Positions 61,071-64,000 of a DNA stretch of 64,000 nt are shown one piece after another. The DNA is from Tubulanus polymorphus (taxonomy: Eukaryota > Animalia > Nemertea), in the NCBI RefSeq assembly GCF_964204645.1, contig NC_134026.1, positions 14,480,150 to 14,544,149 on the forward strand, read 5' to 3'. The position numbers were made by a program, and so were the translations under genes. The stretch's first letter is position 1. Every line of letters begins with the position of its first letter. Below the pieces are notes generated by a model. It worked only from the letters and a program-made list of their open reading frames with translations. It made no database searches and was not told the DNA's origin.

Positions 61071-64000
61071 ATGGAAGCAAATAAATACTACTGCCCAACA
61101 TGTAATATCGATATAGATAAATCCCAAAAAGCAAGACACAATAAAACTAAAACACATTTAGAGAATAAATTGAAACTAGAGTATAAAGATGATATATTAG
61201 AAAATAAATTAGAAGAATTAAAGGATGAAAAAGAAACATACAAATGTGATACATGTAATCAATCATTCAGTGATAAAAGATATTATAAAGAACATTTAAA
61301 ATCTATAAGTCATATTAGAAATAAGAATAATGATATTTTAGGTGAAGATTATTTTGATAATGATAACGATAAGAAACAGAAGACAATTAAAAGAATAAAA
61401 AATAAATTAAACAATAAAAGACCATACATGGAAGATGTAAGAAATTATATTAATTCATTAGATAATAAAAAAGATATAGAGATAACCGAAGCATTTAAAA
61501 GTGATATTGGTCCAGCAGCTATCGAGTTTAAATTTCATAAAGGAAAAACAATAGAAGAAAATAAAAAACATTTAGAAAATATGAAAGAAATAATAAAAAT
61601 AATAACTGATGTTGAATATCCTAAAATAAGTATATCAGTTAAAGTAAAGTTTATAAAATCTGAAGATAAACCAATATATAATATAAATTCTCATTCACAA
61701 CATATTATATCTAAACAACATATAGATGATAAATTAAATAAATGTTATAATGAAGTAAAAACTAAAATAGAAGAGAAATATTTTGAAGGATCTGGTTTAA
61801 TATTTGATGAAATAATATTTATGACTTTACATGTTTATAACACAAAATATAATAAGTTAACTAAATCAAAACCAATTGATGAAAATAATTTATCATATTA
61901 TAAAGAACCTGATATTGAAGCATCGAGTTATATTAAACTACCATTTAAAACTAATGCTGTAATAAATATACAAAATGAAGATGATAAATGTTTTCTATGG
62001 GCTATAATAAGTTGTTTACATCCAACAGAAGATATTACACATAGTTTTAGATTAACTCATTATAAACCATTTGAAAATAATTATAAGATAGATAAGTATC
62101 CTGTTAGAATTAAAAACATCCCAAAAATAGAAAGAGATAATAATCTTAAAATAAATGTATTTGATTTAATTAAATTACCAAATACAAAAGGAAATAATAT
62201 TAAACATTATACATTAGAACCTTTATACCTATCAAAAGATTATGATTCAAATGATGTTATAGATATACTATATTATGAGAATCATTATATGTGGATTAAA
62301 CAAATAGATTTATTTTTCAAATCAGAAAATGATCACCATAAAATATATCTATGTAGAAAATGTTTACATAGATTCAGTAATGAAAGTACATTATTAAATC
62401 ATAAACAACTATGTGATAATCATGATTATTGTAAATTAGTTTTACCAAATGAAAAAGATAAAATATTAGAATTCAAAAAATATGATTACAAAAATAAAGT
62501 ACCATTTGTAATATATGGAGATTTTGAATCATTAAATAAAGAATTAACAGATAAAGATAGAAAAGATATATATTATAAAAGAAAGAAATTAAATTCTAAT
62601 GAAAGTGATTATTCAGATGAACCACCAATAACAAATACTATTAAAAAGATTCATCAATCAGCTGCAGCTTTCGGGTTATATATTAAATCTAATTATCCAG
62701 AACTAATCGAAAGTGAATATTATAATTATAGAAATGAAAATGTTATCAATCATTTTTGTGACTTATTAATTGAATATGAAATAAGATTTAGTAAATTATT
62801 GAATACAAATAAAGAAATAATTATGACAGAAGAAGATAAAGAAGAATTTGAGTTTGCAGATAAATGTTATTATTGTGAAAAGATATTTAATTATAAAGAT
62901 AAAAAAGTAAGAGACCATGATCATTTGAATGGAAAGTTTAGAGGCGCTGCACATGAGAATTGTAACTTACAAGCTAAGAAAATTAACTTTGTACCAGTTA
63001 TATTTCATAATCTATCGGGGTATGACGCGCATTTATTCATCAAACAGTTATGTCATAAAATAGAAGAAATCAATAATGAAATAGAAATATTAAATTCAAA
63101 TAGATCAAAAGATAAAATACCAACTTATAAATTTAGAATGTTAGCTAAAACATCTGAGAATTATATATCTTTCCAATTTGGATGCTTAAGATTTATAGAT
63201 TCATATAGATTTTTAAGTAGTTCATTAGATAACTTATCAAAATCATTAGTTGATGACGAATTAAAGATATTAAAAGAATATTACCCAAATAATGATGATT
63301 TTCAATTAATGAGATATAAAGGAGCAATTCCATATTCATTTTATAAATCACATAATGATTTTAAAATAACTGAATTATTGAAAGAACAATTTTATGATGA
63401 ATTAAAAAATGAATATGTAAAAGATGAAGTTTATAATAGAGCATTGAATATTTGGAATCATTTCGAAATTAAAAATCATGGGCAATTAGTAGATTTATAT
63501 TTAAAATCAGATGTATTATTATTAACCGATATATTCGAAAGGTTTAGAGATGTAAACCTAAAATATTTTAACATTGATCCTTGTCATTGTTATTCATCAC
63601 CAGGTTTAACATGGGATTGTGGTTTAAAATTTACAGATATAAAAATGGATTTGTTAACAAATATAGATCAATTACTATTATTTGAAAAATCTATAAGAGG
63701 AGGTGTTTCAGGTGTATTAGGTGATAGATATTTCAATGTAAATGATAATCCTGGATATAAATTATTATACATATATGCAAATAATCTTTATGGTTGGGCA
63801 ATGATGGAACCACAACCTTATGGGATGTTTGAAATAACTGAAGTTTTACAAATTGATAAATTTGATTGGAAGAAAAGAATTCTAGATATTGCAGATGATT
63901 CAGATACTGGTTACTTCTTCGTTGTAGATTTAGAATACCCTGAAAATATTAAATTCAAATCTAGAAATCTAGCATATTGTCCCGAACATAAAACTGTTAA
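61071..64000 (+). CDS. Protein-primed-type PolB of the best-preserved Polinton-like copy; the frame is open to the window end, so it is missing from the ORF track
   Basis: Manual translation found no stop in about 976 codons and the same motifs as the 39781 copy. Motif A reads YIYANNLYGWAM (Asp to Tyr). Confidence 0.9.
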   Translation, partial: MEANKYYCPTCNIDIDKSQKARHNKTKTHLENKLKLEYKDDILENKLEELKDEKETYKCDTCNQSFSDKRYYKEHLKSISHIRNKNNDILGEDYFDNDNDKKQKTIKRIKNKLNNKRPYMEDVRNYINSLDNKKDIEITEAFKSDIGPAAIEFKFHKGKTIEENKKHLENMKEIIKIITDVEYPKISISVKVKFIKSEDKPIYNINSHSQHIISKQHIDDKLNKCYNEVKTKIEEKYFEGSGLIFDEIIFMTLHVYNTKYNKLTKSKPIDENNLSYYKEPDIEASSYIKLPFKTNAVINIQNEDDKCFLWAIISCLHPTEDITHSFRLTHYKPFENNYKIDKYPVRIKNIPKIERDNNLKINVFDLIKLPNTKGNNIKHYTLEPLYLSKDYDSNDVIDILYYENHYMWIKQIDLFFKSENDHHKIYLCRKCLHRFSNESTLLNHKQLCDNHDYCKLVLPNEKDKILEFKKYDYKNKVPFVIYGDFESLNKELTDKDRKDIYYKRKKLNSNESDYSDEPPITNTIKKIHQSAAAFGLYIKSNYPELIESEYYNYRNENVINHFCDLLIEYEIRFSKLLNTNKEIIMTEEDKEEFEFADKCYYCEKIFNYKDKKVRDHDHLNGKFRGAAHENCNLQAKKINFVPVIFHNLSGYDAHLFIKQLCHKIEEINNEIEILNSNRSKDKIPTYKFRMLAKTSENYISFQFGCLRFIDSYRFLSSSLDNLSKSLVDDELKILKEYYPNNDDFQLMRYKGAIPYSFYKSHNDFKITELLKEQFYDELKNEYVKDEVYNRALNIWNHFEIKNHGQLVDLYLKSDVLLLTDIFERFRDVNLKYFNIDPCHCYSSPGLTWDCGLKFTDIKMDLLTNIDQLLLFEKSIRGGVSGVLGDRYFNVNDNPGYKLLYIYANNLYGWAMMEPQPYGMFEITEVLQIDKFDWKKRILDIADDSDTGYFFVVDLEYPENIKFKSRNLAYCPEHKTV

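Overview
AT-rich metazoan (invertebrate-type) genomic DNA. The only host gene seen is ALDH18A1/P5CS: four + strand exons of the gamma-glutamyl-phosphate reductase domain, with the final exon not found in the window. Its introns (about 14 kb, 81 bp, about 10 kb and probably over 36 kb) are filled with nested mobile DNA. There are at least seven mostly decayed pieces of a Polinton/Maverick (adintovirus-like) element encoding a protein-primed-type PolB, plus two Penelope-like elements with hammerhead ribozymes, a complete ISL2EU transposon, an L2-type LINE fragment, BEL/Pao remnants, an env- and chromodomain-bearing Gypsy element, and Helentron- and hAT-type non-autonomous elements. Two signals in the Polinton-like element stand out. 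Its left end is an imperfect terminal hairpin present in both flip and flop orientations (28161-28298, 39588-39710, 60585-60990). Nearly all of its genes start at TAAATG, most with an upstream T-run about 6 nt away, which is the architecture of poxvirus late promoters. Together these suggest (inference) an endogenised hairpin-ended, virophage-like virus that relies on a cytoplasmic large DNA virus. All calls were made by eye with no database searches.
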